DNA of 64,000 bases from an uncultured Pseudomonadota bacterium (lineage in GTDB: Bacteria > Myxococcota_A > Polyangia > Fen-1088), in assembly GCA_963847705.1 (NCBI GenBank), contig CAWKBC010000034.1, forward strand, positions 96,001 through 160,000, given 5' to 3'. Made by a program: the position numbers and the translations under genes. Below, piece by piece: positions 31,036-40,107 of the stretch. Numbering within the stretch: position 1 is the stretch's first letter; each line of letters begins with the position of its first letter. The notes beneath the pieces are model-generated. The model was not told the DNA's origin and did not search any database. It saw only the letters and a program-made list of their open reading frames with translations.

Positions 31036-31364
31036 GACTTTCTCCTTTTCTGTTTGAAGAATTCCTCGAGCTTGTCGAGGTGTTCGCTCCAGAAGCGCTC
31101 GTATTCGTGGACCCAGACCGACACCTTCCGCAGCGGCGCGGCGCGAAACGCGATGATGTGATCGCGCCCGATCTTCTCGCGCCGGACCAGGCCTGCCTCC
31201 TCCAGCACCTTGAGGTGCTTGGAGACGGCGTTGAGCGACACGTCGAACGGCGCGGCAATCTCGGTCACCCGCGCCGAACCGCCCGACAGCCGGGAGAGAA
31301 TCGCCCGGCGCACCGGATGCGAGATGGCCCCCAGAACATTGCTCAGGTCGTCCACGGATTTCAT
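31032..31364 (-). CDS. ArsR/SmtB family repressor
   Basis: ISHPVRRAIL, VSKHLKVLEEAGLV, FWSEHLDKL. Confidence 0.92.
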   Translation of the reverse strand: MKSVDDLSNVLGAISHPVRRAILSRLSGGSARVTEIAAPFDVSLNAVSKHLKVLEEAGLVRREKIGRDHIIAFRAAPLRKVSVWVHEYERFWSEHLDKLEEFFKQKRRKS

Positions 31365-31386
31365 TCAACCAAACGGTTGAATGAAA
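31359..31386. promoter_or_regulatory. Perfect 12-4-12 inverted repeat over the ArsR start codon (autoregulatory operator)
   Basis: TTTCATTCAACC-AAAC-GGTTGAATGAAA. Confidence 0.8.
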
Positions 31387-31421
31387 CGCAAGGATTTTCT
31401 GGCAGCGCGCGTTCGACGACT

Positions 31422-32354
31422 TCAGAACAGCACGCCCAGCCCGAGCGACGCGGCCGGGACCCACTGGTCGATGACGCCGTGGTCGGGATCGTGGCTGACA
31501 AAGGTCGGGAGCTCGAGGTCGAGAAAACAGAGGAGGCGCACGTCGGAGGTCCGAAGCGCCTCCACCCCGACCCGCGCGGTGACGGCCAGGCCGCTGCCGG
31601 TCGCCACACCGACCGCCCCCGCGCCGTCGAGGAGGGCCGGCCCCTGGAAGCGCTGGTAGTCGAGGCCCACCAGCGCGCTCGCGAACAGCGAGAGAGACTC
31701 CACCGGACGGAAGTAGAAGGTCGCCGTGACCTGGGCATCGAACTGGACGGCCAGGTGCAGCGTGGCCGCCTCTGCCCCGGGGCTGAAGGCGCCCGCCAGC
31801 CGCACGCCGATCGCCACCTGGTCGATCTCGCGCCGCAACGTCAGGGCGACGCCGGGCAGCGTCGCCAGCGTGCCGCCGACCGGCGCCGCCAGCTCGTACG
31901 CCTCGAGGCCGTAGTGGGTGGTGCTGTGGAGCGCGAGCGCCCGCTCCTGCCGCACCAGCCAGCCCTGTGATTCCGGCCCGCGCAGGACCAGCGGATCGTT
32001 GTGCAGCAGCACCGTCAGCAGACGCTCGACCGCCGGGGCGAGCCCGTCGGCGCCGACCCGCTCGCGGTACGGGACCTGGGTGTTGAGGCGGCCGGTGAGC
32101 CACGTGCCGCCGCCCGGCCCGAGGTCGATCACCTCCACGGTCAGCGTCGACTCGCAGTCGGTGCTGGCCGCCCGGTGGGTGGGGTGGCGATCGAGCTCGC
32201 TCCTGATGAGCCGCGCGAGCGCGTCGGCCTGCGCGGGCGCCGCCGCCACCTCGACACAGGTCCGGAGCTGCGCGCGCGCGAAGCCCGACCACGCGACGAG
32301 CGCACCCGCCGCCGTCAGGCCCAGCAGCGCCGCCCGGGCCCGGCCAGCGCGCAT
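31422..32354 (-). CDS. Secreted probable outer-membrane beta-barrel protein (paralog B)
   Basis: Signal peptide ..ARA, N-domain Cys pair, alternating strands, terminal GVLF. Confidence 0.7.
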   Translation of the reverse strand: MRAGRARAALLGLTAAGALVAWSGFARAQLRTCVEVAAAPAQADALARLIRSELDRHPTHRAASTDCESTLTVEVIDLGPGGGTWLTGRLNTQVPYRERVGADGLAPAVERLLTVLLHNDPLVLRGPESQGWLVRQERALALHSTTHYGLEAYELAAPVGGTLATLPGVALTLRREIDQVAIGVRLAGAFSPGAEAATLHLAVQFDAQVTATFYFRPVESLSLFASALVGLDYQRFQGPALLDGAGAVGVATGSGLAVTARVGVEALRTSDVRLLCFLDLELPTFVSHDPDHGVIDQWVPAASLGLGVLF

Positions 32355-32356
32355 GG

Positions 32357-33511
32357 CTAGAAGATGATCCCGATCTGCGCCAGCGCGCCGGGCATGTAGG
32401 CGTCGATCGCCCCGCTGTCGTTCTCGGTCTTGAGCAGGTAGGTCGGCAGATCGAGCTCGACCTGGCCGAAGAAGTGGATGGAGCTGGCGCGCAGGAACTC
32501 GTAGCCGACCAGGAAGTCGACGTTGAGACCGCCGCCGACCAGGAGGTCGCGGTCGGTGGTGCTGGTCCGCTCGGCGACCGGGCGGATGGCGTCGAAGAAG
32601 GCCAGCTCGAAGGCGGCGCCGCCGCCGAAGTAGAGCGAGTTGATCCCGGCCGCGTCGAGGTAGCGCAGGAAGTGCAGCCCCGCCGAGAGGCTGAAGGAGT
32701 AATCGACGTGGCCGCCCAGATCGTTGTCGTGAATCCCCGTCTGCTCGGTCCCGAGGTCGACGCGGCCAAAGGCGTCGAAGCCCCAGGAGTGCAGCTTGCG
32801 CCGGTAGCCGGCCTGCACGGTGACGGGCGTCAGCACCCGCAGCTGGTCGGTGGCCGGCAGCGACTGCCCCTGCGCGGTCGGCAGCTCCGCCAGCCGCACC
32901 TCCGTCCCCATGCCGAAGATGAAGTGCCCCGTCCCCTCGACGGTGCGCAGATCGCGCTCGCTGTCGGAGCGCAGCACGTTCTCGCGCGTGATCGTCTGGC
33001 CGACCGGGCGGCCACGAAGCAGCGCGAACGCCATCCGCTGCGCCAGCTCCACGAACTCGTCGAGCTCGGCCCGGTCGATCTTCTCCTCCCGCTCGCCGTA
33101 GTGCCCGAACACCGTCCAGCCGCTCTCCAGCTGATAGAGCTCGACGACCAGGCGCTGCTGGCAGGCGTCATTGACGGCCAGGAAGCCCTTCTCGTGCGTC
33201 ACCTCGTACTCCAGCATCCGTTTGAGGTAGAGCGTCGGATCGATCTCGTGCGTCTCCGCGGCGTGATGCGGCGCGGGCGCGTCGCCCGAGGACGTCGGCG
33301 CAGGCGGCGGTGGATAAGGAAGCGGCGGAGGGGGCATGAGCATCGGTGCCCCCTCGACGGTCGACACGACCGGAGGGGCGACGTGCAGCGCCGGCGGCGC
33401 CCGGTACCAGGACTTCTGTTGAACGCTCACGCAGACCCGGATGGTGGCGGCGGCGGTGTTCGACCAGATCACGATCGCGAGCGAGGTGAGTCCAAGCCAG
33501 CCCGGCTTCAT
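32357..33511 (-). CDS. Secreted probable outer-membrane beta-barrel protein (paralog A)
   Basis: AAGGAG RBS, signal peptide, Cys pair, Pro-rich insert, terminal GIIF; aligns by eye with 31422-32354. Confidence 0.72.
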   Translation of the reverse strand: MKPGWLGLTSLAIVIWSNTAAATIRVCVSVQQKSWYRAPPALHVAPPVVSTVEGAPMLMPPPPLPYPPPPAPTSSGDAPAPHHAAETHEIDPTLYLKRMLEYEVTHEKGFLAVNDACQQRLVVELYQLESGWTVFGHYGEREEKIDRAELDEFVELAQRMAFALLRGRPVGQTITRENVLRSDSERDLRTVEGTGHFIFGMGTEVRLAELPTAQGQSLPATDQLRVLTPVTVQAGYRRKLHSWGFDAFGRVDLGTEQTGIHDNDLGGHVDYSFSLSAGLHFLRYLDAAGINSLYFGGGAAFELAFFDAIRPVAERTSTTDRDLLVGGGLNVDFLVGYEFLRASSIHFFGQVELDLPTYLLKTENDSGAIDAYMPGALAQIGIIF

Positions 33512-33574
33512 GTGAGCTCCTTGCGTGTACGAGGTCACGCCGACCGTGCGGCCGGCGATTTGCCGTCGACGTTT

Positions 33575-33590
33575 TGCAGACCGTGTGCCA
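33575..33590 (-). promoter_or_regulatory. Putative sigma54 -24/-12 promoter
   Basis: TGGCACACGGTCTGCA (GG-N10-GC), about 65 nt upstream of ATG 33511. Confidence 0.6.
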
Positions 33591-34018
33591 CACGCAGATC
33601 CCGCGGTTCGCCGCGACGGCGACCAAACCCGACTGTCAGAAAGCGAACGAAGCGCGTCGAGGGTTCACACACCCGTGCCCACCCGCCGAAGCCGTTGCGA
33701 CCGGCGCACGAAGAACGACAGTTCCTGGGAGATCCCGCGGCAGTGCGCGGCGCCGCAGGAATATTGCCCTCCGCCCACGTTCCCTGGGACGGACCGGCCG
33801 CTCCGGAGCAGCGCCTCGGGGAACCCCATTTTCCCTGGCCCGAACGCACCCGGTGACGAGCGCCAACAGAAAATGCAACGGGCTGCCGATCCTCATTCGC
33901 CGTGGTCCCCTCACCAGTCCGCAACCTTCCGCCCAGCAACTCGACGCTCACCTGGAGGGCGGTTTTCAGCCGCGCCCGCGTTCCCCTGGGATCACCGCTG
34001 GTTTACAGTGCCGCCGCC

Positions 34019-34744
34019 ATGCTGCCATCCCGCGCCAGTGTGGGCCTCCTCGTTCTCCTCTTGTCGTGTCTGGCGCTGGGAGGGCCGGCCCGGGCCGACG
34101 ACGTCGAACAGGCGCGCGCCTACGTCAACAAGGCGACCGGCGCCTACGCGCTCAGTCACTACGCGGTGGCGGCGGAGAACTTCGAGAAGGCCTTCGAGCT
34201 CAAGCCCGACCCCGCCCTCCTCTACAACGCCGCCCAGGCCTACCGGCTGGCGGGCAACAAGGAGCGGGCGCTGGAGCTTTATGAGAGCTACGTGCGCGTC
34301 TACACCGGCAAGAAGGACATGCGGCCCGACATCGAGGGGCACATCAGGCAGCTGAAGGAAGCCATCGAGCGCGACAGGGCGGCGGCAACCTCGCCGCCCA
34401 TCACGACGATGCCGATGGGCGGTACGCCGGGCGAGGGGCGAGAGCCCCCGCCCACCAGCCCGCCGCCGGTGACGCCCATCGCCCCGGCCGCGTCGGCCTC
34501 GACGTCGACGCCCGCGCCAGCTGCGATCGCGCCTCCTCCCGCCTCCGCGGCGCCGGCCTCGTCGCCGGTGGTGCTCACCCAGAGCGCCGGACCGCCGGAG
34601 ACCAGCGATTCGGTGACCAAGAAGACCTGGTTCTGGGTGGCCGTCGGCGGCGGCGTCGCGGCCGCCGTGATCGTGGGGCTGCTGATCGGGCTGAGCGGAA
34701 CTGACCCCGCCAGCGCCAGCATCGGAAAGGTGAACGGAAATTGA
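34019..34744 (+). CDS. Exported TPR protein with Pro-rich linker and C-terminal TM (myxobacterial type)
   Basis: Signal peptide, FEKAFELKPDPALLYNAAQAYR TPRs, KKTWFWVAVGGG hydrophobic tail. Confidence 0.85.
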   Translation: MLPSRASVGLLVLLLSCLALGGPARADDVEQARAYVNKATGAYALSHYAVAAENFEKAFELKPDPALLYNAAQAYRLAGNKERALELYESYVRVYTGKKDMRPDIEGHIRQLKEAIERDRAAATSPPITTMPMGGTPGEGREPPPTSPPPVTPIAPAASASTSTPAPAAIAPPPASAAPASSPVVLTQSAGPPETSDSVTKKTWFWVAVGGGVAAAVIVGLLIGLSGTDPASASIGKVNGN

Positions 34745-37705
34745 AGCGTCTTCCCTGGTGGTTGTCGTCCGGACACGCTCTCGCGATCATGCTGCTCGCC
34801 GGGCTGGTGACAGCGGCGGGCTGTCGAAGCACCAGCTCGTGCAACGCGGGAACCGTCCTCGTCACGGTGACGTTCGACGCCACCACCAGCGCGGCGGATG
34901 ACGTTGACGTCGAGGTGAGCGTCGACGGCGGCGCGCCCAAGACCACCTCCCTGCCGCACAACCCGGGCGACACCAGAGGTTCGATCGAGGTCGACTTCCC
35001 GAGCGGGACCGGGTACCCGGAAGGTAAGCGCCTGGACGTCACGGTCGTGGCGCGGGCCGCGGGCAGCGTGCTCGGAACCGCCACGGCCAGCGTCGCGATG
35101 TTGCCGAGCGGCTGTGGCACGCTCGCGCTCAGCTTCGGCGTGACGGGGCCGGACGGCGGCACCGGGGCGGGCGGCAAGGGCGGCAAGGGCGGCCAAGCGG
35201 GCGGTGGCGCCACGGGCGGCCGCGACGCCGGCACCTCGGACGCCAGCGGCGACGGCCCCCTCACCGGGTGCACCAGCGGCACCACCCGCTCCTGCGCGGC
35301 GGATGGCTATCTCGGCAACTGCGCCAGCGGCACCGAGACCTGCGCCGGCGGCCGGTGGAGCGCCTGCAGCGTCTCTCCGGCGGCCGCGGACAGCTGCGCC
35401 ACCAAGGGCGACGACGCCACCTGCAACGGCACGCCCAACGAAGGGTGCGCCTGCCTGGACGTCGACCCGGCGCGCTCCTGCAGCGCGGGCGGCGCGCTCG
35501 GGGCCTGCGCCGCGGGGATGCAGACCTGCTCGGGAGGGAAGTGGGGCGCTTGCAGCATCGCACCCGCGGCCCAGGACGACTGTACGGTCAAGGGCGACGA
35601 CTCCAACTGCAACGGCACGCCCAACGACGGCTGCCCCTGCGTCAACGGGGACACACAGCCCTGCGGCCCGGCCGCGGTCGGGATTCTGCAAGCCAGGGAC
35701 GGCGACCTGCGCGAGCGGCGTCTGGGGCGCCTGCGTGGGGGCGGTCAACAAGGCGGCCCGCGACTGCACGTCGACGGCCGACAACGACTGCGACGGGTTG
35801 CCGGACAACACGGTCGACGTGGTGTGCAAGTGCGGCAGCGGCTCCACGCAGGCCTGCAGCGCCCACCCGGGCAACGACGGCTACGGCCCCTGCACGGCCG
35901 GAAAGCAGAGCTGCGTCATCGCCGCCGACAAGACCTCCTCGACCTGGGGCACCTGCTCCGGGGCGGTGGGTCCCGCAGCCGCCGACACCTGCGTCAAGGG
36001 CGACGACAGCAACTGCAACGGCACCCCCAACGAAGGGTGTGCCTGTGTCAGCACGGACGCGCCGCGCTCGTGCGCCGCGGCCGGCGCGCTCGGAAACTGC
36101 GCCGCGGGGACCCAGACCTGCTCCACCGCCGGCCAGTGGGGCGCCTGCAGCGTCCAGCCCGCCTCCGCAGACAGCTGCGCGGTCAAGGGGGACGACGCCA
36201 CCTGCAACGGGAAGGCGAACGAAGGCTGCCCCTGCGTCAGCGGCGACACGGAGAGCTGCGGCCCGGCTGCGGTCGGGATCTGCAAGCCCGGTGTGGCGAC
36301 CTGCACGAACGGCGTCTGGGGCGCCTGCGTGGGGGCGGTCAACAAGGGGACGCGTGACTGTACCTCGTCGGCCGACAACGACTGCGATGGGGTGCCGGAC
36401 AACACGATCGATCTCGTCTGCACCTGCACCTCCGGCACGACCCAGCCCTGCAGCGCCCACCCGGGCAAGGACGGCAACGGCCCGTGCAAGGCCGGCTCGC
36501 AGACCTGCGTGGTGGCGGCCGACAAGACCTCTTCGGCCTGGGGGACCTGCAGCGGCTCGGTGGGGCCGGCGGCCTCCGACACCTGCGTTCAGGGCAACGA
36601 CAACAATTGCAGCGGGACCGCCAATGACGGCTGCCTCTGCGTCAACAGCGTGACCACCCGCAAGTGCGGCTATTGCAACGACGGCTCGCAGACCTGCGTC
36701 GACGGGACCGTGGGAAGCTACACGACCTGCGTGGGGGCGACCGGACAGGCCTTCACCGCCCTGCCCCTGGTCAACGGTTGGACCGGCGGACCGTACTCCA
36801 CGGCCATCCCCGCGGCGGCGCTGGACTGCTCGGGCGTCGTGCAGCTCAAGGGGGGGATGTCGACCACCGGCACGAACCTGTCGGCGTTCACCCTCCCCGC
36901 CGGCCTGGCGCCTCCGGCGAGTCTCTGGATTCCGGCCGACGGCTACAGCTCGGCGAAGGTGCGCCTCTACGTCGCCAGCACCGGCGCGGTCAGCGTCCAG
37001 GCGCTCAATGCGACGACCGACGCCACGCAGTTCACGTCGCTCGAGGGGGTTTCGTTCCCGGTGTCAGCCAACGGTTACACGCCGCTGACGCTGCAGAACG
37101 GATGGACGGCGTACAGCGGGGCCCGCGCTCCGGCGGTGGCCAACGTCGGGGGGATCATCCGCTTCCAGGGCGCGGTCACGACCACCGGCACGAGCTCGAC
37201 GATCTTCACGCTGCCGGCCTCGATGGCGCCTCCGACCATCACCTACGTGACGGCCGATCTCTACCTCGCGGCGAAGGGGCGGCTCGTCATCTCGCCCACC
37301 GGCGCGGTGAGCGTCCAGGCCCAGAACACCTTCTCCGACGCGGCGAGCTTCACCTCGCTCGAGGGGGTCTGGTTCGCGCTGTCGTCGAGCGGCTACACGG
37401 CGCTCACACTCCAGAATGGGTGGGCGACGTACAGCACCACGCGCGGCCCCGCGGTCTCGGTCAGCAACGGGATCGTCCGTTTCCAGGGCGCGATCTCGAC
37501 CAGCGGCACCAACCTCCTGCCCTTCGTCCTGCCGGGTGGATTCCTGCCCGCGGCGAGCGTCTACACGCCCCTCGACCTCTACGCGGCCAGCAAGGGGCGC
37601 TTCTACATTCAGTCGAACGGGACGGTCGACGTCGATCCGGAGGGGGGCACCACCACGAACGCCACCGGCTTCACCTCGCTCGAGGGCGTCTCCTTCGCCC
37701 AGTAG
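34741..37705 (+). CDS. Large Cys-rich lipoprotein with MopE-like DNDCDG repeats and three C-terminal tail-fibre-like repeats; +1 frameshift at ~35685
   Basis: ORFs 34741.. and ..37705 join if one T is removed from GGGATTCTGCAAG; the internal repeat copy at about 36275 reads GGGATCTGCAAG. Lipobox AAGC. Confidence 0.8.
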
Positions 37706-37735
37706 CCCGCGGTGGCGATTCGCCTCCGGCGGCGG

Positions 37736-39130
37736 CTACTCCTTCTGAAGCGAACGGGCGGGGGCGAGCGCGGACTCGCTCTCCGACGAGATTCGGAACG
37801 AGTCGGTTCGAACCGCCCAGGCGATCGCCACACTGACGGCCAGGACAATCAGGGCCAGCCTGGCGGTGAGCGCGTCGGGCGCCAGCAGCGGTTGGCCTCG
37901 CTCGGCCTGGATGAAGGTCACCACGACGACGCCGAGCCAGCCGGCGCCCAGCGCCAGGACCGTGCGCGCGCCGCGACGCCGGCGTTCGAGGAGACAGGCT
38001 GCCAGTGGAAGGAGCTGCAGCGCGTGCAGGCCGAAGAAGTGCGGAACGCGAAGGTCGCCACCGACGGTGCTCCAGCGGGCGACCGGCAGGCCGGGGCCGC
38101 CGTCGGGGACGCCGACGGCGTGGGCGCCGATGACCGGGGTCGGCTCACCGGCGCGGAGGGTGGCGAGCTGGGCCGGGGTCGGTCGCGGCATCACGAACCC
38201 GACGGCTCCGCCCAGCACCGCCCCGGCCAGGCCGAGGCGAATGCCCCAGGTCCGCGCGGGGGTGGCGAAGCGATGCCGGAACGCGCGCACGGCGATGAAC
38301 AGCTCTGCCAGCCAGAGGCCGGTGATGGCCACCCCCATGGTCGAGAACACCAGGCCGTCGAGGCGGGAGGCGTAGTTGAAGTGGCTCGGTACGCCGCGGA
38401 GCGCCTGCGCGGTGATGAGGACCAGCTCGAGCCCCGCCACCAGGCTGATGAAGGTTCCCGCCCGATGGAGGCGCCGATCGGGGGGCAGCTGCGCCAGGAT
38501 CCAGGCCAACGCCGGCGCCATCATCGCAACGGAGACGCCGAACTTGGCAGGCTTGAGCCAGACGGGGGCACCGGTCACCTGGCGGTGGTCCACCAGCGCC
38601 AGCGAGAGCGAAACGACGAACAGCGCCGCCGAGGCGACCGTGATCCGGGCCAGCGGCTGATGGGTGGTGGCCAGCCAGCGCCGCAGGCGCCCGCCCGTCG
38701 CCGGTAAGCGCGGGCCGAGCGCGGTCCCGAGCAGGTAGAGGCCGAGGCCGAGCGGGGCGAAGAGCAGAGTGAGCACCAGAGCCGGCGTGGTCGCCCAGCG
38801 TCCGAGACCGCGCGCGCGGGCGTCGAGGAAGATCCAGCGTCCGGCGAAGAGGTCGAGCGCCAGAAAGTGCGCCCAGGCCAGGGTGGCGCCGGCCGGGGTC
38901 CCCAGCAGCCGCGCGATCGTCGCCAGCTGGGGATGGGCGACCGCGGGCAGCAGGGTCGCCAGGTGCGGGAGCGCCAGCGCGGCGTAGAGCGCGATGGGCC
39001 CGGCGACGATCCAGGGGCTCCCGATGACCCGCGCCGTCAGGGGGGCCCGCGGCCAGAGCAGCATCAAGAGCCAGAACGGCATCACCGGCCAGGAGCTCGA
39101 CGAGAACAGGAACGGCAACAGGCTCTGCAT
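37736..39130 (-). CDS. ABA4-like (DUF4281) domain fused to a second multi-TM domain
   Basis: WAHFLALDLFAGRWI in the N-domain; WLKPAKFG and GGDLRVPHFFGLHALQ in the C-domain. Confidence 0.8.
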   Translation of the reverse strand: MQSLLPFLFSSSSWPVMPFWLLMLLWPRAPLTARVIGSPWIVAGPIALYAALALPHLATLLPAVAHPQLATIARLLGTPAGATLAWAHFLALDLFAGRWIFLDARARGLGRWATTPALVLTLLFAPLGLGLYLLGTALGPRLPATGGRLRRWLATTHQPLARITVASAALFVVSLSLALVDHRQVTGAPVWLKPAKFGVSVAMMAPALAWILAQLPPDRRLHRAGTFISLVAGLELVLITAQALRGVPSHFNYASRLDGLVFSTMGVAITGLWLAELFIAVRAFRHRFATPARTWGIRLGLAGAVLGGAVGFVMPRPTPAQLATLRAGEPTPVIGAHAVGVPDGGPGLPVARWSTVGGDLRVPHFFGLHALQLLPLAACLLERRRRGARTVLALGAGWLGVVVVTFIQAERGQPLLAPDALTARLALIVLAVSVAIAWAVRTDSFRISSESESALAPARSLQKE

Positions 39131-39179
39131 GACTCACCTCCGCGCGACGTGGGCTGACCTGGACTGACCGAGGCTCGAA

Positions 39180-39240
39180 TGATGACAACGTAAACATTCA
39201 TATGTTACCGGTGTCAACAATTTTGTTTTCGCCGTCAACA
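39180..39240. promoter_or_regulatory. Three tandem 17-bp imperfect palindromes, putative TetR operators
   Basis: TGATGACAACGTAAACA (39180), TGTTACCGGTGTCAACA (39203) and TGTTTTCGCCGTCAACA (39224), between divergent genes. Confidence 0.65.
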
Positions 39241-39257
39241 TTTGATACGTTCACCGC

Positions 39258-39893
39258 ATGGCCATCCGGGTCGCCCGCAAGCGGGCCAACGCCTACCAGC
39301 ACGGCGACCTGCGGGCCGCCCTCATCCAGGCCGGTCTCAAGCTGCTCGGTGAGGGGGGCGTTCGCAGCCTCACCCTGCGGGCGGCGGCCCAGCTGGCGGG
39401 GGTCAGCCACGCGGCGCCCTACCGTCACTTTCGCGACAAGGACCAGCTGGTGGCGGCGATCGCGGAGGAAGGGTTCCGCCTCCTCACCGCTCACATGCAG
39501 GCCGAGCTCGCCGCGGCGCCGGCCGGAGGGCCGCAAGGGTTGCGGGCCATCGGCTGGGGGTACGTCTCATTCGCGCGTGCGCACCCCGGCTACTTCCGGA
39601 CGATCTTCGGCGGCGTCGTCCCGGAGGATCGCGGACGCTTCACCCCCTCCCTGCAGGCGGCCGGTGAGGAGGCTTATCAGGTGCTTCGCGGGCAGATCCA
39701 GGCAGGCGTGCGCGACGGCTGGCTGCGCCGCGGCGATCCCGAGGAGATGTCGCTGGCCGCCTGGTCACTCGTCCACGGGCTCAGCATGTTGATGATCGAC
39801 GGCCAGCTCTCGGCGCTGGTCCCCCACGAGGCGGCCGCGCGCGCGATCACCGCGGCGCTGATTCGATCGCTCGAGAGCGGCCTCGCGATCTAG
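39258..39893 (+). CDS. TetR/AcrR family regulator (WHG-type C-domain)
   Basis: YQHGDLRAALI, AGVSHAAPYRHF, WSLVHG. Confidence 0.92.
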   Translation: MAIRVARKRANAYQHGDLRAALIQAGLKLLGEGGVRSLTLRAAAQLAGVSHAAPYRHFRDKDQLVAAIAEEGFRLLTAHMQAELAAAPAGGPQGLRAIGWGYVSFARAHPGYFRTIFGGVVPEDRGRFTPSLQAAGEEAYQVLRGQIQAGVRDGWLRRGDPEEMSLAAWSLVHGLSMLMIDGQLSALVPHEAAARAITAALIRSLESGLAI

Positions 39894-40107
39894 CGCGGCC
39901 AGCGAACGAGCGCGCTCGGATGCTCTGACGTCCACGCATGCGACACCGCGACACCGCCGTGAACGGTGAGCGGCGCCCGATCATCGGCGTGATCAACCTC
40001 AACATCCCAAATGCTTGCTTGCGCCGGTCGTCGCGCAATTGGCACTTGTGAATCTGCCAGGGGGTGTATAACGCAACGCGCACGTCAACCCTCTCCAGGA
40101 GATCCCA

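Noticed and set aside
34741-37705. Prophage tail gene or programmed frameshift
   Set aside because: There is a lipobox and myxobacterial Cys repeats, no phage neighbours, and no slippery heptamer at the shift; the internal repeat shows a simple extra T.
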